Below are positions 8,770 through 16,787 of a DNA stretch of 27,446 nucleotides, piece after piece (position 1 is the first letter of the stretch; every line of letters begins with the position of its first letter). The translations under genes and the position numbers were made by a program. The stretch is taken from NCBI GenBank assembly GCA_050117435.1, contig JASFMS010000001.1:1-27446 (forward strand), given 5' to 3'. The stretch is from Ectothiorhodospiraceae bacterium (GTDB lineage Bacteria > Pseudomonadota > Gammaproteobacteria > Nitrococcales > Nitrococcaceae). The notes below the pieces were generated by a model that had not been told where the DNA came from, did no database searches, and saw nothing but the letters and a program-made list of their open reading frames with translations.

Positions 8770-9747
8770 TCAGAAGGAAGCCTTCCCGTTCCCTGTGGGG
8801 GCTGTCTCCTCAACCAGGCGCAACAATTCCTGCCCCTCGCGTTCCAGGTAGGGCTCATTCACCCGGCGGGCCAGCGTCACGGCGGAGCGAATCCATTCAT
8901 CGGCCCGTAGCGCCTCCGGCGACTGCCGCGGTCCCGCAAGCGCGCTTCGGGCGGCCCGCAAGTAGAGGTCCGCGGCACGCTGCAGAGTTCCCGCGGCCCG
9001 GGCATTCTCCGCTGCCAGTGCCAGATTCCTCGCCACCCCGTCGGTGTCGCCGCTGTCGCGGCGCCCTTCCACCGCGCGCAGGAAGCGCTCACTCGCTCGC
9101 GCGTGATCCCCTCGCAGAGCGAGCAGCCGCGCCGTCAACTCATCGGTGTCCGCCGCCGTCACGGGGTCCTCGGGCGGCGGAAGTGCCGCTATCAGCTTCT
9201 GCAGCGCGTCCGCGTCCTGCCGGTCCGCCGCAATGAACGCGGCCAGAACCGTGGCCCGAAGCGCTACCGGCTGAGCATCGGCTCGATCGCCGCGCACCCC
9301 TCCCAACCCCCGTGCGAGTTCAAGAGCCCGATCGACATCGCCGCTTTGGTAGAGAGCCCAGGCCTGCACCAACCGGACGTCGTCCCGCTCCGGCAGACCG
9401 CGGCGTTGCAGCCGTGCATTCGTGCTCTCGGCAAGATCGACCGCCCTGCGGTAGCGGTAGCGACGATACTCGGTAAGCGCCAGCTCATAGCCGACCGCGG
9501 CCTGGGCCGTGGCGTCGTCGGAGGCATACGCCCGCGACAGCGCGCGCTGGTAAAGCAGTACCGCCTGGTCGAAACGCTTTCGCTGGAATGCGTCCCTCGC
9601 CAACGCTACCGCGTCGGCGATTCGAGGATCCCGTTGCAGTGGGTCGGCCGGCGGCGGGACGCTGGCGCAGGCGACGATCCCCGTCAGAATCAACGCCACC
9701 CAGGGCAAGCGGCCCGGAAGCTTCCAGCGGGGCCCGGTCAGCGCCAT
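8770..9747 (-). CDS. TPR-like alpha-helical lipoprotein
   Basis: Lipobox IVA-C27 followed by A,S (no +2 Asp, so outer-membrane sorting predicted). Ala/Arg-rich helical repeats with TPR-like patterns (AVLLYQRAL, AADLYLRAA). Overlaps the mlaD-like stop by 10 bp. Confidence 0.75.
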   Translation of the reverse strand: MALTGPRWKLPGRLPWVALILTGIVACASVPPPADPLQRDPRIADAVALARDAFQRKRFDQAVLLYQRALSRAYASDDATAQAAVGYELALTEYRRYRYRRAVDLAESTNARLQRRGLPERDDVRLVQAWALYQSGDVDRALELARGLGGVRGDRADAQPVALRATVLAAFIAADRQDADALQKLIAALPPPEDPVTAADTDELTARLLALRGDHARASERFLRAVEGRRDSGDTDGVARNLALAAENARAAGTLQRAADLYLRAARSALAGPRQSPEALRADEWIRSAVTLARRVNEPYLEREGQELLRLVEETAPTGNGKASF

Positions 9748-10703
9748 AGCCTGTTGGCTCCCGGGCGCTCACCCAGCTCCGGACCGGCATCCCCGCCGAT
9801 CAGCCAGTTGTTCTGCAGCGTCTCCAGCAGGCGTTCCAGCTCCCTGAGGGTCACCTGCGTCTGGGTCACCAGCTGGGGCAGTTCATCGCCCACGCCGACG
9901 CTCTGCCGGGTCAATTTACGCACATCCGCGGCAGACGACCGCAGGTCCAGCAGTGCGGAATTCACCGATGAAAGCATCGCCGGCAAGCCGTCCCTGTCAT
10001 CCGCGAGTGCGCTGCTGAGACGCTCGATCTCCGCCGACGAGCGGTTCAGGCTCTGCAACAGCTCGGCCGCCTCGGCGGTGCGTCGCCGGGCCTCTTCCGT
10101 GGTTGCCGCCAGTTCCCGATATAATCGATCGTCGGTCATCAGTTGCCCGGCCGTTCCCCTTCCCTGCTGCATGCCGTCCGCGAGCGTGGCGGTCACCGCC
10201 AGGAGCCGGTTGGTCTGATCGATTACGGGGAAGACCCGGGCGCGCAAATCGTCGATGAGTTCGCCGACGTTATCGGTGGTGCCGCGCTCGGAGCGCGCGC
10301 TCAACACAGCGTAGTCCCAATCCAGCGGTGCGCCTTTTCCCTGTGCGATTTCAAGATAGGCGGCTCCGGCGATACCGAACTGGCGCTTGATCAGCGCAAC
10401 GGAGTCCCGGCGCAGGAAATCGGCCATGCCGTCGTCGATGTCCACAACCGCGTGGAAGTGCTGATCGGGACTAACCACTATCTGTCTCACCCGTCCCGCG
10501 GGCGTTCCCAGAATTTCTACTCCGGCGCCCCGTGAGAGCCCGGAAACACCACTTTCCGGGAGCAGCACGTGCAGCTTCTTGGCCGGAAAGACAAGATCCT
10601 GAACCAGGTTGCTCTGAAGCAGCGTGACCACTACCAGCGCCACCGCCACGAGAACCAGAAGACCGGCACGCCGGCTACCGCGGATACCAGGGGACCCATT
10701 CAT
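9738..10703 (-). CDS. MlaD/MCE-domain protein with a long C-terminal coiled coil
   Basis: N-terminal TM anchor; MCE motifs SGLSRGAGVEILGTPAGRV and FGIAGAAYLEIAQG; heptad-rich C-terminal half. Confidence 0.9.
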   Translation of the reverse strand: MNGSPGIRGSRRAGLLVLVAVALVVVTLLQSNLVQDLVFPAKKLHVLLPESGVSGLSRGAGVEILGTPAGRVRQIVVSPDQHFHAVVDIDDGMADFLRRDSVALIKRQFGIAGAAYLEIAQGKGAPLDWDYAVLSARSERGTTDNVGELIDDLRARVFPVIDQTNRLLAVTATLADGMQQGRGTAGQLMTDDRLYRELAATTEEARRRTAEAAELLQSLNRSSAEIERLSSALADDRDGLPAMLSSVNSALLDLRSSAADVRKLTRQSVGVGDELPQLVTQTQVTLRELERLLETLQNNWLIGGDAGPELGERPGANRLWR

Positions 10704-10742
10704 CGCATTCTGCCTCCCACGACCCCGCCGGTCGTACGGGTT

Positions 10743-11384
10743 TTAGGGAAACGCTGGACAGCTCCCGCGTGGATTCAGCACGAGAACCGCGGCGCCGGCG
10801 GCTCTGGCCCGAAACGCCAGATCGAATACTGCCGGGCGGAGACCCGCTGGCAGGCCGCGAAGCAGTACCAGCGCCGGCGCCCCCAGGAAACAGCTCACGA
10901 ATCCGGCACGCCGCAGATCCTCGGCGTCAGTATCCGCGGGCCTCGAGGCGGGAAGCCCGGGCATCCCGAGTGACCGCGCCAGCATCACCGCCTCCCGCCT
11001 GATCGCATCGACGGGCCTGCCCGTGTGGAAGCGTTCGGCCAGGATGACGTTATCCGCGACTGTAATGCCGGGAAGCCACTCTTCGGGTCCGAGTGGGTAC
11101 CCGATTCGGCCGCGCAGCGCGTCGGCGAATTCCCGCTTCAGGGCTTGCCAGTCGTATCCCAGAAAGCGAACTCGTCCGGATTGGGGCGGACGCAGCCCGT
11201 CCAGGGTCTCCACCAACGGCTCCTCCAGGCCAGCACTCGGAACGTCCAGGAACCGCATTTGGCCCGCTGCCAGCTCGATGTCCGCCGACCAGCCCTCGGC
11301 GCAGCGGCCCCCCCATGAGGGCCGCATGGCCTCCAGCCGCAGAACGGGTTCGGCTGTGGGCCGCGGGCGTGCCGGCGCACTCAC
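10743..11384 (-). CDS. Degenerate ABC-ATPase-fold protein (MlaF-like position; Walker A, signature and Walker B absent)
   Basis: ABC scaffold retained: GLRPPQSGRVRFLG, LRGRIGY, LPGITVADNVIL. GTG at 11384 overlaps the mlaE-like TGA (GTGA). Catalytic motifs are replaced (see findings). Confidence 0.8.
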   Translation of the reverse strand: MSAPARPRPTAEPVLRLEAMRPSWGGRCAEGWSADIELAAGQMRFLDVPSAGLEEPLVETLDGLRPPQSGRVRFLGYDWQALKREFADALRGRIGYPLGPEEWLPGITVADNVILAERFHTGRPVDAIRREAVMLARSLGMPGLPASRPADTDAEDLRRAGFVSCFLGAPALVLLRGLPAGLRPAVFDLAFRARAAGAAVLVLNPRGSCPAFP

Positions 11385-12205
11385 AGGGCGATCACCATGC
11401 TTATCAGTCCGTTCACGACGAGCACACCCAGTAGAGTCCGAAAGAATCCCCGCGACAGCACCTCGCCGCGCTCGTGGCCCGCTCCGACCGAGCGCGCAGC
11501 CGTGGTCAACACCACCACGGCGACGACGCCCCCAAGAACCAGGGCCTTCGCCAACGCCCAATGGGGCCCGCTGTCAGCCAGCGTTTTCAGTATGCCGACA
11601 AGGGCGCCGCGGGTTCCGAGCTCGGACAGTCCGAGCAACTCCGCGGCGAGGAACCCCGAGCTGATCGACGCCGCCACGAACACGGCGGTGAGACACGCGC
11701 TCGCCACCGCGAATGCCGCGAACATGGGAACCGCCAAATAGACCAGCGCGTCCACGCCCCTTCGTTCGAGAGCACGCAGCGCCCCGGAAGCCCAGAGTTT
11801 GTGAGCACTGCCCAGCCACGTCAGGCCGGAGCGCCCGATCAGGACGACGGCCACGGCAATGGGCGCGAATTGCTGCAGAACCAGGGCAAGCAGAATCCGG
11901 CGAACGGAATCCGGTTGTCCCAGTTCCTTGAGCCAGAATATGGCCTGGGAGACAAGCACCAGCCCGGTCAGTACCGCGATGATCAGCACGGCGCGGAGGG
12001 CCCCCACACCGTCGCGTTCGAGAGTGTCCAGGAATTGCTCGCGCACCAGGCGGCGCCAGGTGGAGGGACGGATCGCACTCCCGATTATCGTGATGCCCAG
12101 GGCGACGGCATCCACGATCCACAGGCCGCCCCGGTCGCTGCGGCGCATCCCCGGCCCCGCTTGCCGCCGTGAAACCTGCTGCGAAAGCGCTGATGGCGCC
12201 TTCAT
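11381..12205 (-). CDS. MlaE-like ABC permease (divergent)
   Basis: About 5-6 TM helices. QQFAPIAVAVVLIGRSG matches MlaE ELGPxxxxxxxxGRxG; ALERRGVDALVYLAVP matches DALxxMGxDPxxYLVxP. Confidence 0.85.
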   Translation of the reverse strand: MKAPSALSQQVSRRQAGPGMRRSDRGGLWIVDAVALGITIIGSAIRPSTWRRLVREQFLDTLERDGVGALRAVLIIAVLTGLVLVSQAIFWLKELGQPDSVRRILLALVLQQFAPIAVAVVLIGRSGLTWLGSAHKLWASGALRALERRGVDALVYLAVPMFAAFAVASACLTAVFVAASISSGFLAAELLGLSELGTRGALVGILKTLADSGPHWALAKALVLGGVVAVVVLTTAARSVGAGHERGEVLSRGFFRTLLGVLVVNGLISMVIAL

Positions 12206-12208
12206 CGT

Positions 12209-14602
12209 TCAGATCTCGCCCTGCAGTAGGTACGTTTGCACTTCGCCGACGCCCTCCTCGTAATACAGCCCCCTGAACCGAATCGCGAAGTCCTCTCGAA
12301 GCGCATCGCTAGCGGACTCGCCGAGTTGGATGCCGCCGTCGGGGGCGCTGTTCGCCAGCGTCTCCGCCCGATTCAGCGACTCGCCCCAGAGATTGCCGGC
12401 CGGAGCGCCGGTCCCGGACTCGACGCATTGGAGCGGACCAACTGCTATCCCCGCCCGACAGGCCGCACTCAGATCGTGCCGCGCGAACACGGCCTCGCAC
12501 TCGGCGCGTGTGGTCAGTGCAGCGCGCCCGATGGCGCGCACGGCGTCCGCAAGCGGGCGGTCCAGGCCGTCCGCCAGAACGCCGTGCTCCCCGAGCAATC
12601 GGACAAGGGGGATTCCAAGTTCTGAAGCGACGGCTCGCACTCGCTCCGCGAACTCCACCCGCGCGGGCATCCACGCGGCCGCAGCCCCCGAGAGCGCTGG
12701 GCTGCGCACTTCGGAAATCCTGAACCAGAGCACCGCCGCGTTCGGATAAACCGTCGTACCAGAAGCCCCTGTGTCGCCCCAGCGCCGCCGGACTCTTTCC
12801 ACCAGCGGCGGGGCTGGCGCCTCGGTCGCGGACCGCACGCCGCGCCGCCGTTTCGTCGCCGGCGGCGCATTGTTCGCCGCCCCCGCGGCGGTTTCGCCGG
12901 CCTCCATGGCTCCGACATCGCGCCTGTCGCCGCTCAATGCGGGCCGTATAATCCCGGCCGCGTAGCCGGCAACGCCAATCACGTCGCTCTCGCTCAAGGG
13001 TGGCGCGGCGGTCGCGTCCTCCACCCATAACGCGCCCATCAACCGTCGCTTCCGCAGGACGGGCACCGCGGCCAGGGAGCCGGCCCCGACGGCCTGAAGA
13101 TAATTCCGGTACAGCGCCTGCGTGCGGCTGTCGGACTCAGCCTCGGGGACGTAAAGTGGCTCGCCGCTTTCCAGGGCCTCGAACAGATGTGGATATGCGG
13201 ACCGCCCCAATACCGCGGCATCCGTGTGCCCGCCGTGTTCGCGGTCGTAACAGTCCATACACACGAGGGCCTCATCCACGTCCCTGTAGGACCACACTGA
13301 TACGCGCCGGGCCGCGACCGCCTGAGCCACGCTCTCCGTGACCCGGCGCACGGTGCCCCTGCTCAGCTGTGACTCGGTGGAGGCGATGCCGGAGAGCGCC
13401 GACAGTTCCGCACCGAGTCGGTTCATCGCCGCACGCCGATAAAGCAGGTCGCGCTCGCGCCGCTGGACGGATACCCGAAGGGCGACAAGCAAGCCCACGA
13501 GGGGGAGTGACAACAGAACGAGCAGCCCCGAAGCCAGTATCACGTTGCGGCTGTTGCGATCCAGAAAACTCGTGAAGCTCGCCTCCGGCGCAGAAATGAT
13601 CAGCCACAACGGGCGGTTGAGAACCCTCTCCAGGGAAGACGCGGCCACGACGTAACGCTCCGACCCGAGGCCGACGACACGGTGGATATCCCGTTGCACG
13701 CGTACGCGGTCGAATATGCCCCGAAGAACGGGATCCGCCAGGTCCTCGATCCGTGCCGGCCTCAGTCCGTCGCCGTCCCGCACCACCGCATCGGCGGGAT
13801 TCGGCGTCGCGAACACCTGACCGTCGGACTCCATGATTACGGCCTTGCCGTTCCGGCCGATTTCCAGATCGTTAAGGAATCTGCTCAGCTGGGCCAGCTC
13901 GATATCCACACCGACCACATACGCGACTTCTCCGCCCGGAACCCGGACCGCCAGGGCCGCTGTAATCCCCGGCTGCTGACTGGAGAAGAAGACGTAGAGG
14001 TTGCTCCAGAAGACATCCTTCGACTCGACCGCCCCCTGGAACCAGGGGCGCGAAGTGGCCTGAAAGCGGTCGCTCGGATCCGATTCCGTGCCCAGGACGC
14101 CGCCACCCGGGCCCCTGCGAATTACGGTCACCGTCCGCTGCCCACCGTCAACTGCTATGCGTTTGGTATCCAGCCAGCCCTTGTCGTTCCGACGCACCAT
14201 CGTGAAGCGACCGTCCGGATCCGCCACATAGAAGGCAGCCAGGGACGCGTTGCTCCGCATCATGGCGAGTGCGAAACGTTCGAATACGGCGTCCACCTGA
14301 GACCAGTCCAGACGCTGCCGGCCGGCCAGCTCACCCGTAAGGCGAACAGCCTGCTCCGCCGGGCGCATGAAAACCTCGACCTCGCTGCGCACACGTTGAT
14401 CCAGCGAGCGCACCACGTCCTCCGTGAGCCCCAGCACATCCCGGCGGTTGGCGTCACGGTCATAGAATGTGAGCCCGAGGAATCCGCCCAGCACCAGGAA
14501 CAGCACGACAACGGGCGCCGCAACCATCAGGAGATCCCGAACGCGGCCCCTCGAGGCATACCCCGGCTCCGAATCGGGACGGATATCGGGTTTGTCGGTC
14601 AC
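12209..14602 (-). CDS. Membrane sensor: TM-dCache-TM-GAF-class III nucleotidyl cyclase-like domain (probably catalytically inactive)
   Basis: Cache motifs TSRPWFQGAV, WSNLYVFFSSQQPGIT, VVGVDIELAQLSRFL; GAF ARRVSVW...SLAAVPV...GALWVED; cyclase fold CRAGIAVGP, LWGESLN, GGIQLGES, GEVQTYLL. GTG start with GAGG SD. Confidence 0.85.
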   Translation of the reverse strand: MTDKPDIRPDSEPGYASRGRVRDLLMVAAPVVVLFLVLGGFLGLTFYDRDANRRDVLGLTEDVVRSLDQRVRSEVEVFMRPAEQAVRLTGELAGRQRLDWSQVDAVFERFALAMMRSNASLAAFYVADPDGRFTMVRRNDKGWLDTKRIAVDGGQRTVTVIRRGPGGGVLGTESDPSDRFQATSRPWFQGAVESKDVFWSNLYVFFSSQQPGITAALAVRVPGGEVAYVVGVDIELAQLSRFLNDLEIGRNGKAVIMESDGQVFATPNPADAVVRDGDGLRPARIEDLADPVLRGIFDRVRVQRDIHRVVGLGSERYVVAASSLERVLNRPLWLIISAPEASFTSFLDRNSRNVILASGLLVLLSLPLVGLLVALRVSVQRRERDLLYRRAAMNRLGAELSALSGIASTESQLSRGTVRRVTESVAQAVAARRVSVWSYRDVDEALVCMDCYDREHGGHTDAAVLGRSAYPHLFEALESGEPLYVPEAESDSRTQALYRNYLQAVGAGSLAAVPVLRKRRLMGALWVEDATAAPPLSESDVIGVAGYAAGIIRPALSGDRRDVGAMEAGETAAGAANNAPPATKRRRGVRSATEAPAPPLVERVRRRWGDTGASGTTVYPNAAVLWFRISEVRSPALSGAAAAWMPARVEFAERVRAVASELGIPLVRLLGEHGVLADGLDRPLADAVRAIGRAALTTRAECEAVFARHDLSAACRAGIAVGPLQCVESGTGAPAGNLWGESLNRAETLANSAPDGGIQLGESASDALREDFAIRFRGLYYEEGVGEVQTYLLQGEI

Positions 14603-14719
14603 GACGAATCCTCACGTCACGAAGCGCGTCGATCCAACGCCCCGTGACCGCAGCGCTTTTCGACCCCGTTGCGAACCTCCGTCCGAAACGAAGCCATGCC
14701 ACCGGGCGCCGGCCCGCCC

Positions 14720-15310
14720 CTACTCGGCCTCAACCGGGCGCCCAACACGTGCCTGACGGGCGAGATAGACGATGGCCAGTCCCTCACTGACAAGCTGCAC
14801 TCCAAGCAGCAAGCCGAGTAGCCAGATGGCCGACGTGGGCAACAGCGACAGCAGCAGGATCGACAGGGCGACACCAAGGACCCCGCTTGCCAGCAACCAG
14901 TGCCAGTTGGGGAAGGGGCGGATCGTCAGGGCGAACACGACCTTGGACATCCCCTCCACCATGAGGAAGACGATCAGTAGCAATGCCAGCGTGGCGACAC
15001 CCTCTCGCGGGTGGAGAAGAAACAGCCAGCCGATCATTACGGACAGAACCACGGAAATGAGCTGAATCCAGAAATGGGGCACGTTTCGGGCGCCCATCAG
15101 ACTCACGCCCTGGGCCAGACCGCTGATGATCAGCACCCACCCCATGAGGCTGGCCACGGCCAGCGAGGAAATCACCGGATAGATCAGGGCCAGAACACCA
15201 CCGATCACCATCAGCCCACCCTGAATCAGAAACCATACGGAGTGCCGCCTGACGGTGTCCCGCATGGCGTCGCGCATTGCCTCGGCAGCGGCGTCAAGGG
15301 TCATGCTCAT
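14720..15310 (-). CDS. HdeD/DUF308 family membrane protein (paralogue 1)
   Basis: Six hydrophobic helices with WFLIQGGLMVIGG and WHWLLASGVLGV repeats. GAGGAGG SD. Confidence 0.85.
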   Translation of the reverse strand: MSMTLDAAAEAMRDAMRDTVRRHSVWFLIQGGLMVIGGVLALIYPVISSLAVASLMGWVLIISGLAQGVSLMGARNVPHFWIQLISVVLSVMIGWLFLLHPREGVATLALLLIVFLMVEGMSKVVFALTIRPFPNWHWLLASGVLGVALSILLLSLLPTSAIWLLGLLLGVQLVSEGLAIVYLARQARVGRPVEAE

Positions 15311-15345
15311 GGGTCTCCATCCTCCTCGGGTGGCGGCCTGGTGAT

Positions 15346-15375
15346 GCTCGGTAGCCGAGGGCTCGGTAGCCGAGG
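15346..15375. repeat. Exact 2x15-bp tandem repeat; each unit is a mini-hairpin
   Basis: GCTCGGTAGCCGAGG at 15346-15360 and 15361-15375. Each contains CTCGG-TAG-CCGAG. Confidence 0.9.
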
Positions 15376-15382
15376 GCGTTCG

Positions 15383-15928
15383 TCAGGGCGACATCCGAAC
15401 ATCGTCACCAACAACGAGATTCGTGGACCAACCCGCCGAAGCGCCACCCTTTTCCTGAAAGTAAAGCAGGTAGACGTTGGTGTTTGCCGGTCCGCTGAAC
15501 GCGGTGGCACGGCCCGTCTGCATGGTCTTCTCGGCGGCGGTCCAGGCGGGTCCGAGACAGTCGGCGACCACTGGCACGTACTCTTCGTAAAGGCGCCTCG
15601 CCGTGGATTCGTCGGCGTGTTTCCAGGTGCAGACGTAGTTCGTCCTGTCAGCGGCCCACTCCCAGATCAGGCATTCTCCGGAGGCGAACACCGGACGCGC
15701 CTCCCAGAGAGTTGCCATGCGGGTACTGGTCTTGTGTTCCCTGATGTCGCGGAAACCGACCGATTCCTGGTCGATGACCAGACGCAGGTTGTCGCAGGTC
15801 CTGCCGGACCGGGAGTTCGACGACCCGGCCGTATCCGGGCCGTCGGGCATGACCGAGGTGGCGCACCCTGCCAGCATCGCGGCCGCAAGGAGGGATGTGA
15901 CTTGCGCAATCCCCTGCACCGAGCTCAT
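15383..15928 (-). CDS. Hypothetical lipoprotein with four additional Cys residues
   Basis: GGGGAG SD before the ATG at 15928. Lipobox LAG-C22. Mature part has TCDNL, GECLI, YVCTW, ADCLG (possible disulfides). Confidence 0.75.
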   Translation of the reverse strand: MSSVQGIAQVTSLLAAAMLAGCATSVMPDGPDTAGSSNSRSGRTCDNLRLVIDQESVGFRDIREHKTSTRMATLWEARPVFASGECLIWEWAADRTNYVCTWKHADESTARRLYEEYVPVVADCLGPAWTAAEKTMQTGRATAFSGPANTNVYLLYFQEKGGASAGWSTNLVVGDDVRMSP

Positions 15929-15969
15929 GAATCTCCCCGCTCCCTGGAGGCGTGACTCCACATCCTGAC

Positions 15970-16043
15970 GTTATACGCCCGTATCCGGGGGACGTGGATG
16001 GGACCAAAGTCCAATGCCCTCTCCCAACACACCGCGCTAGTCT
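15970..16043. promoter_or_regulatory. Palindromic operator site 4 (15998-16015) with -10-like hexamers on both sides (bidirectional promoter)
   Basis: ATGGGAC-CAAA-GTCCAAT. TAGTCT at 16038-16043 (+) and TATAAC at 15975-15970 (-), each 22 bp from the site. Confidence 0.75.
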
Positions 16044-16117
16044 CGAACTCAGTGATACCGCCGGCCGTCCCGTCGCGCGGCCGGCCATTTCAGCCCCTAA
16101 CTTCAGGAGTAGCGCAT

Positions 16118-16711
16118 ATGACCACGACCGCGGCGCCGGCGGGATTCGAAGACCGCCCCCTGCTGAAAGGCCTGATCAGGAACTGGTGGGCGTTGCTGCT
16201 CCGCGGAATCGCCGCGGTCGTCTTCGGCATTCTCGCCCTGCTATGGCCGGGGCTGACCCTGCTGACCCTGACGTTCCTCTGGGGCGCTTATGTGCTGATC
16301 GATGGTGTCTTCGCGCTCTGGGGGGCCATTGTCGGCAAGGTTGAGGGCGTCGGCGCACGATGGTGGCTTGGGGTCGTGGGAGCGCTCGGCATTCTCGTCG
16401 GCCTCATGGCGCTGGCCGCGCCCGCCTATACCGCAGGCGTGCTGCTTACGGTCATCGCCGCCTGGGCGATTGTCATAGGCGTCCTGCAGATACTCGGGGC
16501 CGTGCGTCTCCGCAAGGAGATCGAGGGTGAGTGGTTCCTGATCGTGAGTGGAATCGTGTCCGTCCTCTTCGGCCTGGCAGTTGTGTTCCAGCCGGTGGCC
16601 GGCGCGCTCGCGGTTGTCTGGATGATCAGCCTTTTCGCGATCCTGTTCGGTGTCGCCCTGATCGCACTGGCACTGAAGCTGCGGAGCGCGGCAACACGTT
16701 TTCTGCGCTGA
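16118..16711 (+). CDS. HdeD/DUF308 family membrane protein (paralogue 2)
   Basis: RNWWALLLRGIAAVVFGILALLWPG and IEGEWFLIVSGIVSVLFG. CAGGAG SD before the ATG at 16118. Confidence 0.9.
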   Translation: MTTTAAPAGFEDRPLLKGLIRNWWALLLRGIAAVVFGILALLWPGLTLLTLTFLWGAYVLIDGVFALWGAIVGKVEGVGARWWLGVVGALGILVGLMALAAPAYTAGVLLTVIAAWAIVIGVLQILGAVRLRKEIEGEWFLIVSGIVSVLFGLAVVFQPVAGALAVVWMISLFAILFGVALIALALKLRSAATRFLR

Positions 16712-16787
16712 ACCGGTTCGCCCACGAATGCGATGGCGGACCGCGTCGCAACGGCATTCTCAACACTGCAGCTCGAAGTGAAATGTC

